Shown piece by piece: positions 1 to 7,672 of a stretch of 64,000 nt of DNA; position 1 is the first letter of the stretch; every line of letters starts with the position of its first letter. Source of the DNA: Chloroflexota bacterium (GTDB lineage Bacteria; Chloroflexota; Anaerolineae; B4-G1; DUEL01); contig JADBJJ010000008.1 in the NCBI GenBank assembly GCA_014874475.1, positions 104,322-168,321 on the forward strand, read 5' to 3'. The position numbers were made by a program, and so were the translations under genes. The notes under the pieces are model-generated. The model ran no database searches, was not told the DNA's origin, and worked only from the letters and a program-made list of their open reading frames with translations.

Positions 1-1
1 G

Positions 2-979
2 GTGGACACTTTCCTGCGGGTGGTGATGAGCGTCCATGTGGGCCTGAACAGTCTGGGCCTCCTCCAGTGGGGGACGGAGGAGCAAAAACAGCGGTTCTTA
101 GTTCCCCAAGCCCGGGGGGAGCGCTGGGCCGCTTTCGGCCTCACCGAACCCGGGGCCGGCTCGGACGTGGCCGCGATGGCCGCCACGGCCCGGCGGGAGG
201 GGGATTCCTACATCCTCAACGGCGAGAAGATGTGGATCAGCCTGGCCTCTATGGCCCACAACTTCCTGGTCTTCGCCCGCACCGACCCCAAGGCCCCACC
301 TCATCAGGGCATCACGGCCTTCATTGTGGAGCGGGAGACGAAAGGCATCACCACCGGCGATATTCACGGCAAACTGGGCGTGCGCGCCGGCTCCACAGGA
401 TGGATCGCGATGAACGATGTGGAGGTCCCGGCGGAGAACCGGCTGGGCGAGGAGGGCGAGGGCTTCAAAATCGCAATGTCCTGCCTGGATAACGGCCGCT
501 ATACGATCGGCGCCGGGGCCACAGGGCTCATCCGGGCCTGCCTGGAGGCATCGGCCAAGTACGCCCACGAGCGCCGGACTTTCGGCCGCCCCATCGCAGA
601 GCACCAGTTGGTCCAGCAGATGATTGCCCGTATGCGGCGGGACTACGAAATCGGCCGGTTGCTCTACCTGCGGGCAGGCTGGCTGAAGAATCAGGGCATC
701 CGCAACACCTGGCAGACCAGCCTGGCGAAGTGGTTCGCCACTGAGGCCAGTTTCGCCGCCGCCTCGGACGCGATCCAGATTCACGGCGCTTACGGCTATT
801 CCGATGAGTACGATGTGGAGCGGTTCCTGCGCAACGCCAAAGGGGCCTGCATCTATGAGGGCACCAGCCAGATTCACGAACTCATCCAGGCCCAGTACGT
901 TCTGGGCTACCGGCAGGACCGGCCGCTGCGATGCGAACTCCCAGCCTACGACCCGGAGGAATGGCAGCGAGAGGCATAA
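2..979 (+). CDS. acyl-CoA dehydrogenase, C-terminal approx 325 aa (5' end outside window)
   Basis: Translation begins mid-protein and matches the middle/C-terminal ACAD domains ([11 protein letters not shown]..., ...[12 protein letters not shown]). Immediately followed by etfB-etfA. Confidence 0.9.
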   Translation: MDTFLRVVMSVHVGLNSLGLLQWGTEEQKQRFLVPQARGERWAAFGLTEPGAGSDVAAMAATARREGDSYILNGEKMWISLASMAHNFLVFARTDPKAPPHQGITAFIVERETKGITTGDIHGKLGVRAGSTGWIAMNDVEVPAENRLGEEGEGFKIAMSCLDNGRYTIGAGATGLIRACLEASAKYAHERRTFGRPIAEHQLVQQMIARMRRDYEIGRLLYLRAGWLKNQGIRNTWQTSLAKWFATEASFAAASDAIQIHGAYGYSDEYDVERFLRNAKGACIYEGTSQIHELIQAQYVLGYRQDRPLRCELPAYDPEEWQREA

Positions 980-1095
980 TCCTCGCCCCCCTTTCTGCCC
1001 CCTCCCCTCTCTGTCCAACGGAACAGGGAGAGAGGGAGAGGGAAACCGCCAGGGGGTGAGGTCCATTTCCCCATCCCACAACCGGAGGTGAATCC

Positions 1096-1899
1096 ATGCA
1101 CATTGTCGTCTGTACCAAGCAGACGCCCGACTCGGCGGCGAAACTGACGGTGGACGCCGCGGGCAATGTCTCCTGGGGGGATTCCCCCATCGTCATCAAC
1201 CCATGGGATGAGTACGCAGTGGAGGAAGCGTTGCTCATCAAGGAGCGACTGGGCGGCAACGCGAGGGTCACCGTCATCTCTATGGGGCCAGAGGCCGCGC
1301 TGGAGGCGCTCAAACACGCCATCGCGATGGGCGCCGATGAGGGTATCCGCATCTGGGATCCCATCTTTGAGGGCTCGGACACGTTGGCGACCTCCTACGT
1401 CCTGGCGAAGGCTATAGAGAAGATGGGGGACGTGGACCTGGTCCTCTTCGGCAAGTCCGCCATTGATAGCCAGACGGGGCAGATACCGGTGGAAGTGGCC
1501 TACCGCCTGGGCTTCTCCCCCCTCACCTACGTGATTAAGATTGCCGAACTGGACCCAGCAGGGAAGACCATCATCGCGGAGCGGCTGCTGGAGCAGGGCC
1601 GGCAGGTGGTGAAAGCGCCCCTCCCCGCTGTCGTCGGCACCATCAAGGGGATTAACGAGCCGCGCTACCCCTCGTTCATGGGCATCCGCAAGGCCACCCG
1701 CGCCCAGTACCCGGTCTGGAGCGCGACCGACATCGGCGCGGACCCGGCAAAAGTCGGCGCGGCTGGCTCCGGTGTCCGCTGGACCCGCATCTTCTCACCC
1801 CCAACCCGCGAGGGGAAGGCCGAAATTATCCAGGCCGAGACGGTGGAGGAGACCGTCCGCATCCTGGTGGATAAACTGATGGCGGAAAAGGTGATTTAA
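1096..1899 (+). CDS. etfB: electron transfer flavoprotein beta subunit
   Basis: N-terminus MHIVVCTKQTPDS...INPWDEYAVEEAL is the typical ETF-beta signature. 267 aa. Sits ahead of the etfA start with a 12-nt gap. Confidence 0.9.
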   Translation: MHIVVCTKQTPDSAAKLTVDAAGNVSWGDSPIVINPWDEYAVEEALLIKERLGGNARVTVISMGPEAALEALKHAIAMGADEGIRIWDPIFEGSDTLATSYVLAKAIEKMGDVDLVLFGKSAIDSQTGQIPVEVAYRLGFSPLTYVIKIAELDPAGKTIIAERLLEQGRQVVKAPLPAVVGTIKGINEPRYPSFMGIRKATRAQYPVWSATDIGADPAKVGAAGSGVRWTRIFSPPTREGKAEIIQAETVEETVRILVDKLMAEKVI

Positions 1900-1911
1900 C
1901 GGGAGGAACCG

Positions 1912-2898
1912 ATGAGCAACGACATCTTCGTCTGGATTGAACAGTTTAACGGACAGGTGGCCGGCCCGTCATGGGAGGCCATCGGCGCCGCCCGCACCCT
2001 GAGCCAGACACTGGGCGGACAGGTCTGCGCCTGCATCTTCGGGCAGGGCGTGGAAGCGCTGGCGAAGGACGCCATCGCCTACGGGGCCGACAAAGTCTTC
2101 CTGGCCGACGACCCCACCCTGGCCGATTTTCGTCTGGAGCCGTATACCGCCCTGATGGCCGAACTGGCCCGCCAGCACCAGCCCGCGCTCATCCTGATGG
2201 GCGCCACCGCCCGAGGCCGCGACCTGGGCCCGGCTGTGGCGGTGGACCTGGAGACCGGCTGCGTGGCCGACTGCACTGCGCTGGAGTTCCAGGATGGCCA
2301 ACTGGTCGCCACCCGGCCCATCTACGCCGGGAAACTCCTCTGCACCTGCACCGTCCCGGAGCGGCGGCCCGCCGTTTTCACCTTGCGCAGCCGCGCCTTC
2401 CCCAAACCCGAACCGGACCCCTCCCGCACCGGCGAGATCATCCAGGTGGCCCCCATCCTCAAAGAAGAGGACATCCCCTCCAAAGTGACCGGCTTCCAGG
2501 AGACCGTGGGCGGGGTCAATCTGGCCGATGCCGCCATCATCGTCTCCGGCGGGCGGGGCGTGGGCGGGCCGGAGGGGTTTGAACCCATCCGCGAACTGGC
2601 GCGAACGCTCAAGGCCGCCGTCGGCGCCTCCCGCGCCGCCGTGGATGCCGGGTGGATCCCCTACGAGCACCAGGTCGGACAGACCGGTAAGACGGTCAGC
2701 CCGGACCTCTATATCGCTTGCGGCATCTCCGGCGCCATCCAGCACCAGGCCGGGATGCGCACCAGCAAAGTGATCGTCGCCATCAACAAGGACCCCGAAG
2801 CCCCCATCTTCCAGTTGGCCCGTTACGGGATCGTGGGTGACCTCTTCAAGTATGTTCCCGCCCTTGCCGAGGAACTGAAGAAGCGACTGGGGGCGTAG
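1912..2898 (+). CDS. etfA: electron transfer flavoprotein alpha subunit
   Basis: 328 aa. FAD-binding C-terminal motifs ([25 protein letters not shown]) typical of ETF-alpha. Confidence 0.9.
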   Translation: MSNDIFVWIEQFNGQVAGPSWEAIGAARTLSQTLGGQVCACIFGQGVEALAKDAIAYGADKVFLADDPTLADFRLEPYTALMAELARQHQPALILMGATARGRDLGPAVAVDLETGCVADCTALEFQDGQLVATRPIYAGKLLCTCTVPERRPAVFTLRSRAFPKPEPDPSRTGEIIQVAPILKEEDIPSKVTGFQETVGGVNLADAAIIVSGGRGVGGPEGFEPIRELARTLKAAVGASRAAVDAGWIPYEHQVGQTGKTVSPDLYIACGISGAIQHQAGMRTSKVIVAINKDPEAPIFQLARYGIVGDLFKYVPALAEELKKRLGA

Positions 2899-2917
2899 AG
2901 GAGTGCTTCAGCGCCAG

Positions 2918-2954
2918 AAGTGCCTGGCATCTGAAAAGTGCCAGGCACTTTTAC
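2918..2954 (+). terminator. rho-independent-type hairpin terminator after etfA
   Basis: Perfect 12-bp inverted repeat AAGTGCCTGGCA / TGCCAGGCACTT with a 9-nt loop, followed by TT(ACCC)TTAAAAA. Located 20 nt after the etfA stop. Also contains copy 1 of the recurring GTGCCWGGC..AAAAGTG motif. Confidence 0.6.
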
Positions 2955-2965
2955 CCTTAAAAAGT

Positions 2966-3850
2966 ATGCGCGCCGACCTTCATATCCACACCGTCGCCTC
3001 CGACGGCACCTGGACGCCCCAGGAGGTAGTGGAACACGTCCGGGCCGCGGATATCGGTCTCTTCGCCGTTGCCGACCACGACACAGTGGAGGGGGCACTG
3101 GCCGTCGCCGACATCGTCCGCCGGACCCCGAACGCCCCTGCCCTCCTCCTGGCCGTAGAAATCTCCACCCTGCTGGATGGCGCGCTTGTCCACATCCTGG
3201 GCTATGGTATCCATCCGGACCACCCGTCGCTGAACGACCTGCTGCGGTCCAACCGGGCCCGGCTGGAATGGGTCAACGATGAGACACTCCGGCGAATGGC
3301 GCGGGCGGGCTACCCGGTGGACCTGGAGGCCTACGCCGCCTATCAGAACGACCCTCGCCGGGGCGGCTGGAAAGGGCTGAATTTTCTGATAGATGCTGGC
3401 CTCTGCCGGGACGTCCAGGATTTCTTTGAGCGCATCTTTGTGGACCCCGTCCGTCCTCCAGAGCCGGAATTCCCCCATCCCGCGGAAGCGGTCGCCCGGA
3501 TTCGGGAGGCCGGCGGGGTGCCGGTCCTGGCCCATCCGGGGGGCAGTCTGAGCCGATTCGGGCCAATAGAGGAGGCCCTGGCCGCCTTCCTGGAATTCGG
3601 CATCGCCGGGGTGGAATGTTACACCCCCTACCACTCCCCGGAGATGACCGCCCGCTGCCAGGCCTTCTGCGCCCGCCACGGCCTGCTGGTGACCGGTGGC
3701 TCCGATTGCCATGGGGAATTTGGCGGCCGCTCACTGGGGATCCCCCCAGTGACTGTGGACGACCTGCGGCTGGGCCCGCTGGAGGGGCTCTTTGTAACCG
3801 CAGAGAACGCAGAGGACATAGGGAAAAGTCAAAAAACACGAAGGACATGA
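2966..3850 (+). CDS. PHP-domain metal-dependent phosphoesterase
   Basis: MRADLHIHTVASDGT... is the PHP N-terminal His motif. Start placed at the ATG after the terminator hairpin; the ORF track starts at a GTG at 2903 that overlaps the hairpin. Confidence 0.75.
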   Translation: MRADLHIHTVASDGTWTPQEVVEHVRAADIGLFAVADHDTVEGALAVADIVRRTPNAPALLLAVEISTLLDGALVHILGYGIHPDHPSLNDLLRSNRARLEWVNDETLRRMARAGYPVDLEAYAAYQNDPRRGGWKGLNFLIDAGLCRDVQDFFERIFVDPVRPPEPEFPHPAEAVARIREAGGVPVLAHPGGSLSRFGPIEEALAAFLEFGIAGVECYTPYHSPEMTARCQAFCARHGLLVTGGSDCHGEFGGRSLGIPPVTVDDLRLGPLEGLFVTAENAEDIGKSQKTRRT

Positions 3851-3937
3851 AAGATGATTTCGGTTTGAGTCCTTCGTGAGCCTTTTGTCTCCTTATACGG
3901 TAAGTTTTTACAAAACCTGCGTCTGAATGAGGGTTCA

Positions 3938-4861
3938 ATGGAAGAAGAGAGAGTGGAAATTGAGGCTGAAATCCAGAGCGAAGAAACCATCCGGACTGAA
4001 GAGCAACCGCCCTGCCCGGAGCGGTCGGAACAGCCCATTGTGGGCGTCCGCTTCCAGGAGGGGGGAAAGATTTACTCCTTTCTCCCTGGCGCCTGCACGG
4101 ACCTGGTCCCGGGCGACTTCGTCGTTGTGGATACCGCATGGGGACGGCAAATCGGCCGCGTCGCCTTTATCCGGTATCTACCCCTGGAGAAGCGCCGGGA
4201 AGACCTGAAGACCATCCTCCGGCGGGCCACCGGCGCTGACCTGGCCCTGCGGCAACAATGGGAAGGGAAGGCCCGAGAAATCCTCCAGCAGTTGCATGCC
4301 CGCGCCCTCCAGGAATCCCTTCCGGTCAAGTTCGCCACCGCCGAGTACACCCTGGATGGCAAACGGCTCACCATCCTCTACGAGACGGAGGGAAAGGTGG
4401 ACTTGGAGGGGCTCCGACAGGAACTATCCACGAACCTCCAGATCCAAGTGGAGATGCGGCAAATCGGGCCCCGGGACCGGGCGAAACTGCTGGGCGGCTA
4501 TGGGGCCTGTAGCGAACCCCGCTGTTGTTCGCGCTTCCTGGCCGATTTCAGCCCCGTCTCCATTCGCATGGGCAAAGCCCAGGGCATCTCCCTCACCCCT
4601 TCCGATATCACTGGGATGTGTGGACGGCTGCGCTGCTGCCTCGCCTACGAGTACGAGACCTATCAGGAGGCTCTCCAGGGACTGCCCAAACTCAAGAGCA
4701 TCGTCCGCACCTCCCGGGGAGTGGGCAAGGTGGTGGACCTGGCTCCTCTGAAGAGGACGGTCATCGTCCAGATTGAGGATCAGCGGGTAGAAGTCCCCGC
4801 TGATGAGGTGGAGGTGCTGCCGAAAGATTTCCCTGTCTCTGGGCCTCAGGAGGACGAATGA
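3938..4861 (+). CDS. PSP1 C-terminal domain protein (RicT/YaaT-like, stage 0 sporulation family)
   Basis: Cys-rich PSP1 motifs (GACSEPRCCSRF..., CGRLRCCLAYEYETY). GAGGG RBS 5 nt upstream of the ATG. Confidence 0.8.
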   Translation: MEEERVEIEAEIQSEETIRTEEQPPCPERSEQPIVGVRFQEGGKIYSFLPGACTDLVPGDFVVVDTAWGRQIGRVAFIRYLPLEKRREDLKTILRRATGADLALRQQWEGKAREILQQLHARALQESLPVKFATAEYTLDGKRLTILYETEGKVDLEGLRQELSTNLQIQVEMRQIGPRDRAKLLGGYGACSEPRCCSRFLADFSPVSIRMGKAQGISLTPSDITGMCGRLRCCLAYEYETYQEALQGLPKLKSIVRTSRGVGKVVDLAPLKRTVIVQIEDQRVEVPADEVEVLPKDFPVSGPQEDE

Positions 4862-5556
4862 ACGCAAAGGGAAGAGTTCTGGTCATCCTGGCTCATCCAG
4901 ACGACCCGGAGTTCTTCTGCGGCGGGACGGTGGGGCGGTGGGTCCGGGAAGGCCGGGAGGTCATCTACGTCCTGGCGACCCACGGGGAGCGGGGCTCTGA
5001 CGACCTGACCATTCCCGTAGACCAACTGGCCCGCATCCGGGAAGAAGAACAGCGGGCCGCCGCGCGCGTCCTGGGCGTGCGGGAGGTCATCTTTCTGGAT
5101 TACCCCGACGGCTCCCTGACCCCCACCCTGGAATTGCGCCGGGACCTGACCCGCCAGATTCGCCGCTGGAAGCCGGACGTGGTGATTACCTGCGACCCCA
5201 CCGTCCGCTACCGTTCCGGGTATCTGAATCACCCCGACCACCGGGCCATTGGCGACGCTGCGCTGGACGCCGTCTTCCCCGACGCCCGCAACCCCCGCCA
5301 GTTTCCCGAACTGCTGGCGGAGGGACTGGAGCCCCACCGGGTGCGGGAGGTCTACATCGCGGGCGCGGCGGAGCCGGATACGGAAGTGGACATCACCGAC
5401 ACCCTGCCTCTGAAATTGGAGGCCCTCCGCCACCACCGCTCTCAGATCGCCGACCCGGATGGCCTGGAATCCCGGCTGCGGGAATGGTATCGCAAAGAGG
5501 AGCCCGACGGGACCATCCGGTACGTGGAGCGCTTCCGGCGGGTGACGCTGAGATAA
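4858..5556 (+). CDS. PIG-L family deacetylase (LmbE-like)
   Basis: VLVILAHPDDPEFFCGGT... and HPDH motif. 4-nt overlap (ATGA) with the upstream gene. Confidence 0.8.
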   Translation: MNAKGRVLVILAHPDDPEFFCGGTVGRWVREGREVIYVLATHGERGSDDLTIPVDQLARIREEEQRAAARVLGVREVIFLDYPDGSLTPTLELRRDLTRQIRRWKPDVVITCDPTVRYRSGYLNHPDHRAIGDAALDAVFPDARNPRQFPELLAEGLEPHRVREVYIAGAAEPDTEVDITDTLPLKLEALRHHRSQIADPDGLESRLREWYRKEEPDGTIRYVERFRRVTLR

Positions 5557-5601
5557 GGGGGAGAGCCGCCGGCCCAAACGGCATCGTCGCCCCTACTCCA
5601 T

Positions 5602-5630
5602 TTGTCCCTCAACCGATTCGCGTCTATAAT
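5602..5630 (+). promoter_or_regulatory. sigma70-type promoter (TTGTCC-17nt-TATAAT) for the deaminase::CYTH / helicase unit
   Basis: -35 TTGTCC at 5602-5607 and -10 TATAAT at 5625-5630 with a 17-nt spacer. Followed by the GGAGGGAGG RBS and the ATG at 5651. Confidence 0.5.
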
Positions 5631-5650
5631 CCCCTCCAAAAGGAGGGAGG

Positions 5651-7657
5651 ATGAAAACCGCAGATTTGATCCTCACCGGTGGCGTGGTCGTCACTATGAA
5701 CGACCGGTACGACGTCTGGGAGCCGGGTGCGGTGGCGGTCCGAGAGGGAGCCATCGTCGCGGTGGGACCAGCGGAGGAGGTGGAGCGGGAGTGGACGGCG
5801 CGCCAGGTGGTGAATTGCTCCGGCCACGCCGTCATCCCCGGCCTCATCAACGCCCATACCCACGCCCCGATGACCCTGGTGCGCGGCCTGGCCGACGACC
5901 TGCGCCTGGATGTCTGGCTCGTCGGCTATATGATGCCCGTGGAGCGGGAGTTCGTTCGCCCCGACTTCTGCTGGCTGGGCACCCAACTGGCCTGCGCAGA
6001 GATGATCCGCTCCGGCGTTACTTGTTTCGGCGATATGTACTACTACGAAGAGGCCGTCGCCGACGCCGCCGCCCAGGTCGGTATGCGGGCAGTCTGCGCT
6101 CAGTCCGTCCTGAAATTCCCCACTCCCGACGCGGCCAGTTACGATGAGGGACTGCGCCTGGCGGAGTCCTTCATCGGGCGCTGGCGGGGCCACCACCTCA
6201 TCGTCCCTGCGCTGGGCCCCCACGCCGCCTACACCGCTACCGCTGAGATGCTCCAGGAGTGCGCGCGCCTGGCCCAGGCCTACGACGTCCCCATCCACAT
6301 CCACGTGGCCGAGACCGCGCTGGAGGTCCAGGAGCACCGGGCCGAATACGGTATGCCCATCGTCCCCTGGATCAAAAAGCAGGGCCTGTTAGAGGCCAGG
6401 ACTACCGCCGTCCACTGTGTCCACCTGGATGAGGGCGAGATGCACACTCTGCTCCACCACGGGACAGGCGTGGCCCACAACCCCACCAGCAATCTGAAAC
6501 TAGCCAGCGGCATCGCGCCGGTGGCCCGGATGCTGGCCCTGGGCCTGAACGTGGGCATTGGCACCGACGGCCCTGCCAGCAACAACGACCTGGATATGTT
6601 TGAGGAACTGCGGCTGGCGGCAATCCTAGCCAAAGGCATCACCGCCGACCCGACGGCCCTGCCCGCCCGCCAGGCGCTGGCTATGGCGACCATCATGGGC
6701 GCCCGAGCCCTGCACATCGCTCACCTGACCGGCTCGCTGGAAGTCGGCAAACGGGCCGACATCGCCGTCGTCAGCCTGGAGGACCTGCACCTGACCCCCC
6801 GCTTCCACCGGGACCCCGAAAGTATCTATTCCCTGCTGGTCTACGCAGCCAAGAGCCAAGACGTGCGCCACGTCCTCTGCGACGGCCAGTGGCTTATGCG
6901 GGACCGGGTTCTTTTGACGGTGGACCCCGAGGGACTGTGTACTCAGGCCCTGGAGATTGCCCGTAAAATTGACTATTTCATCAACCTTCGGGAGGAGAGC
7001 GTCCTCAGCAAACTGGTCGCCATCGGCGGCGTGGCCCGGGAGAAAACCTTTGAGGTTCAGGTTAAGGTCCACCTGACCGATGACGCAGATGTCCTGGCGG
7101 TGCTGACGGACGGAACCCTTCCCATCGTCAAACAGTCCCGGCGACGGCAATACGACACATACTTCCTATTTGATGACCCCGACCGCAGCCGCCTGCGCTA
7201 TCGGGAAGAGGAGATCCTGAACGATGAGGATCAGGTCGCCGACGTCCGTTACCGGCTCACACTGACGAGCGATACGAAGGAGCGGGAGTTTCCCCATTCT
7301 GTGCTGCTCTCCCGTTCCCGGTTTGACGCACCCGCAACCCGCAGTCTGCGCTTCTACCGGGAGTACTTCAAGCCGGCGGCGGAGTGGGAAGTCCACAAAG
7401 AGCGGCGGCGGTACCACATCCGCTACGGCGGGACCGACTTCGCGGTCAACCTGGACCGGGTGACCCATCCGGCGCTCCCCGCCTACTTCCTGGAACTGAA
7501 GAGCCGTACCTGGTCGGCGCAGGACGCGGAGCGGAAAGCGATGCTCATCGGCGAACTGCTGGAACTCTTCGGCGTCGGGGAGCAGGAACTGGTGCGGCGG
7601 GAGTACCTGGACCTGGCGCGGGAGCATAAAGAGTCAGAAGGACCAGCGACTTCATAA
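5651..7657 (+). CDS. MtaD/COG0402-family amidohydrolase deaminase (approx aa 1-435) fused to a C-terminal CYTH-like domain (approx aa 445-668)
   Basis: N-terminal part has the classic MTA/SAH-deaminase metal-binding motifs (HAVIPGLINAHTHAPMTL, HVAE, DG...NN). C-terminal approx 220 aa shows CYTH-like landmarks (FEVQVKV, YFLFDD...RLRYREEE, YRLTLTSDTKEREF, RYHIRYGG..NLDRV, FLELK). Strong RBS. Confidence 0.8.
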   Translation: MKTADLILTGGVVVTMNDRYDVWEPGAVAVREGAIVAVGPAEEVEREWTARQVVNCSGHAVIPGLINAHTHAPMTLVRGLADDLRLDVWLVGYMMPVEREFVRPDFCWLGTQLACAEMIRSGVTCFGDMYYYEEAVADAAAQVGMRAVCAQSVLKFPTPDAASYDEGLRLAESFIGRWRGHHLIVPALGPHAAYTATAEMLQECARLAQAYDVPIHIHVAETALEVQEHRAEYGMPIVPWIKKQGLLEARTTAVHCVHLDEGEMHTLLHHGTGVAHNPTSNLKLASGIAPVARMLALGLNVGIGTDGPASNNDLDMFEELRLAAILAKGITADPTALPARQALAMATIMGARALHIAHLTGSLEVGKRADIAVVSLEDLHLTPRFHRDPESIYSLLVYAAKSQDVRHVLCDGQWLMRDRVLLTVDPEGLCTQALEIARKIDYFINLREESVLSKLVAIGGVAREKTFEVQVKVHLTDDADVLAVLTDGTLPIVKQSRRRQYDTYFLFDDPDRSRLRYREEEILNDEDQVADVRYRLTLTSDTKEREFPHSVLLSRSRFDAPATRSLRFYREYFKPAAEWEVHKERRRYHIRYGGTDFAVNLDRVTHPALPAYFLELKSRTWSAQDAERKAMLIGELLELFGVGEQELVRREYLDLAREHKESEGPATS

Positions 7658-7672
7658 TCGCTGATCCTTCCA

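Noticed and set aside
67-492. Many long ORFs antisense to, or out of frame with, the called genes (e.g. 67-492+, 98-1081-, 1969-2745-, 15448-16323+, 16465-18174+, 19017-20090+, 23930-25162+, 34097-36010+, 41115-42308+, 45857-47170+, 51876-53372+, 55278-56771+)
   Set aside because: They are typical shadow ORFs of high-GC DNA. Their translations are Arg/Pro/Gly/Ala-rich and low-complexity with no recognisable domains. Each overlaps a gene in another frame or on the other strand that has clear family signatures.
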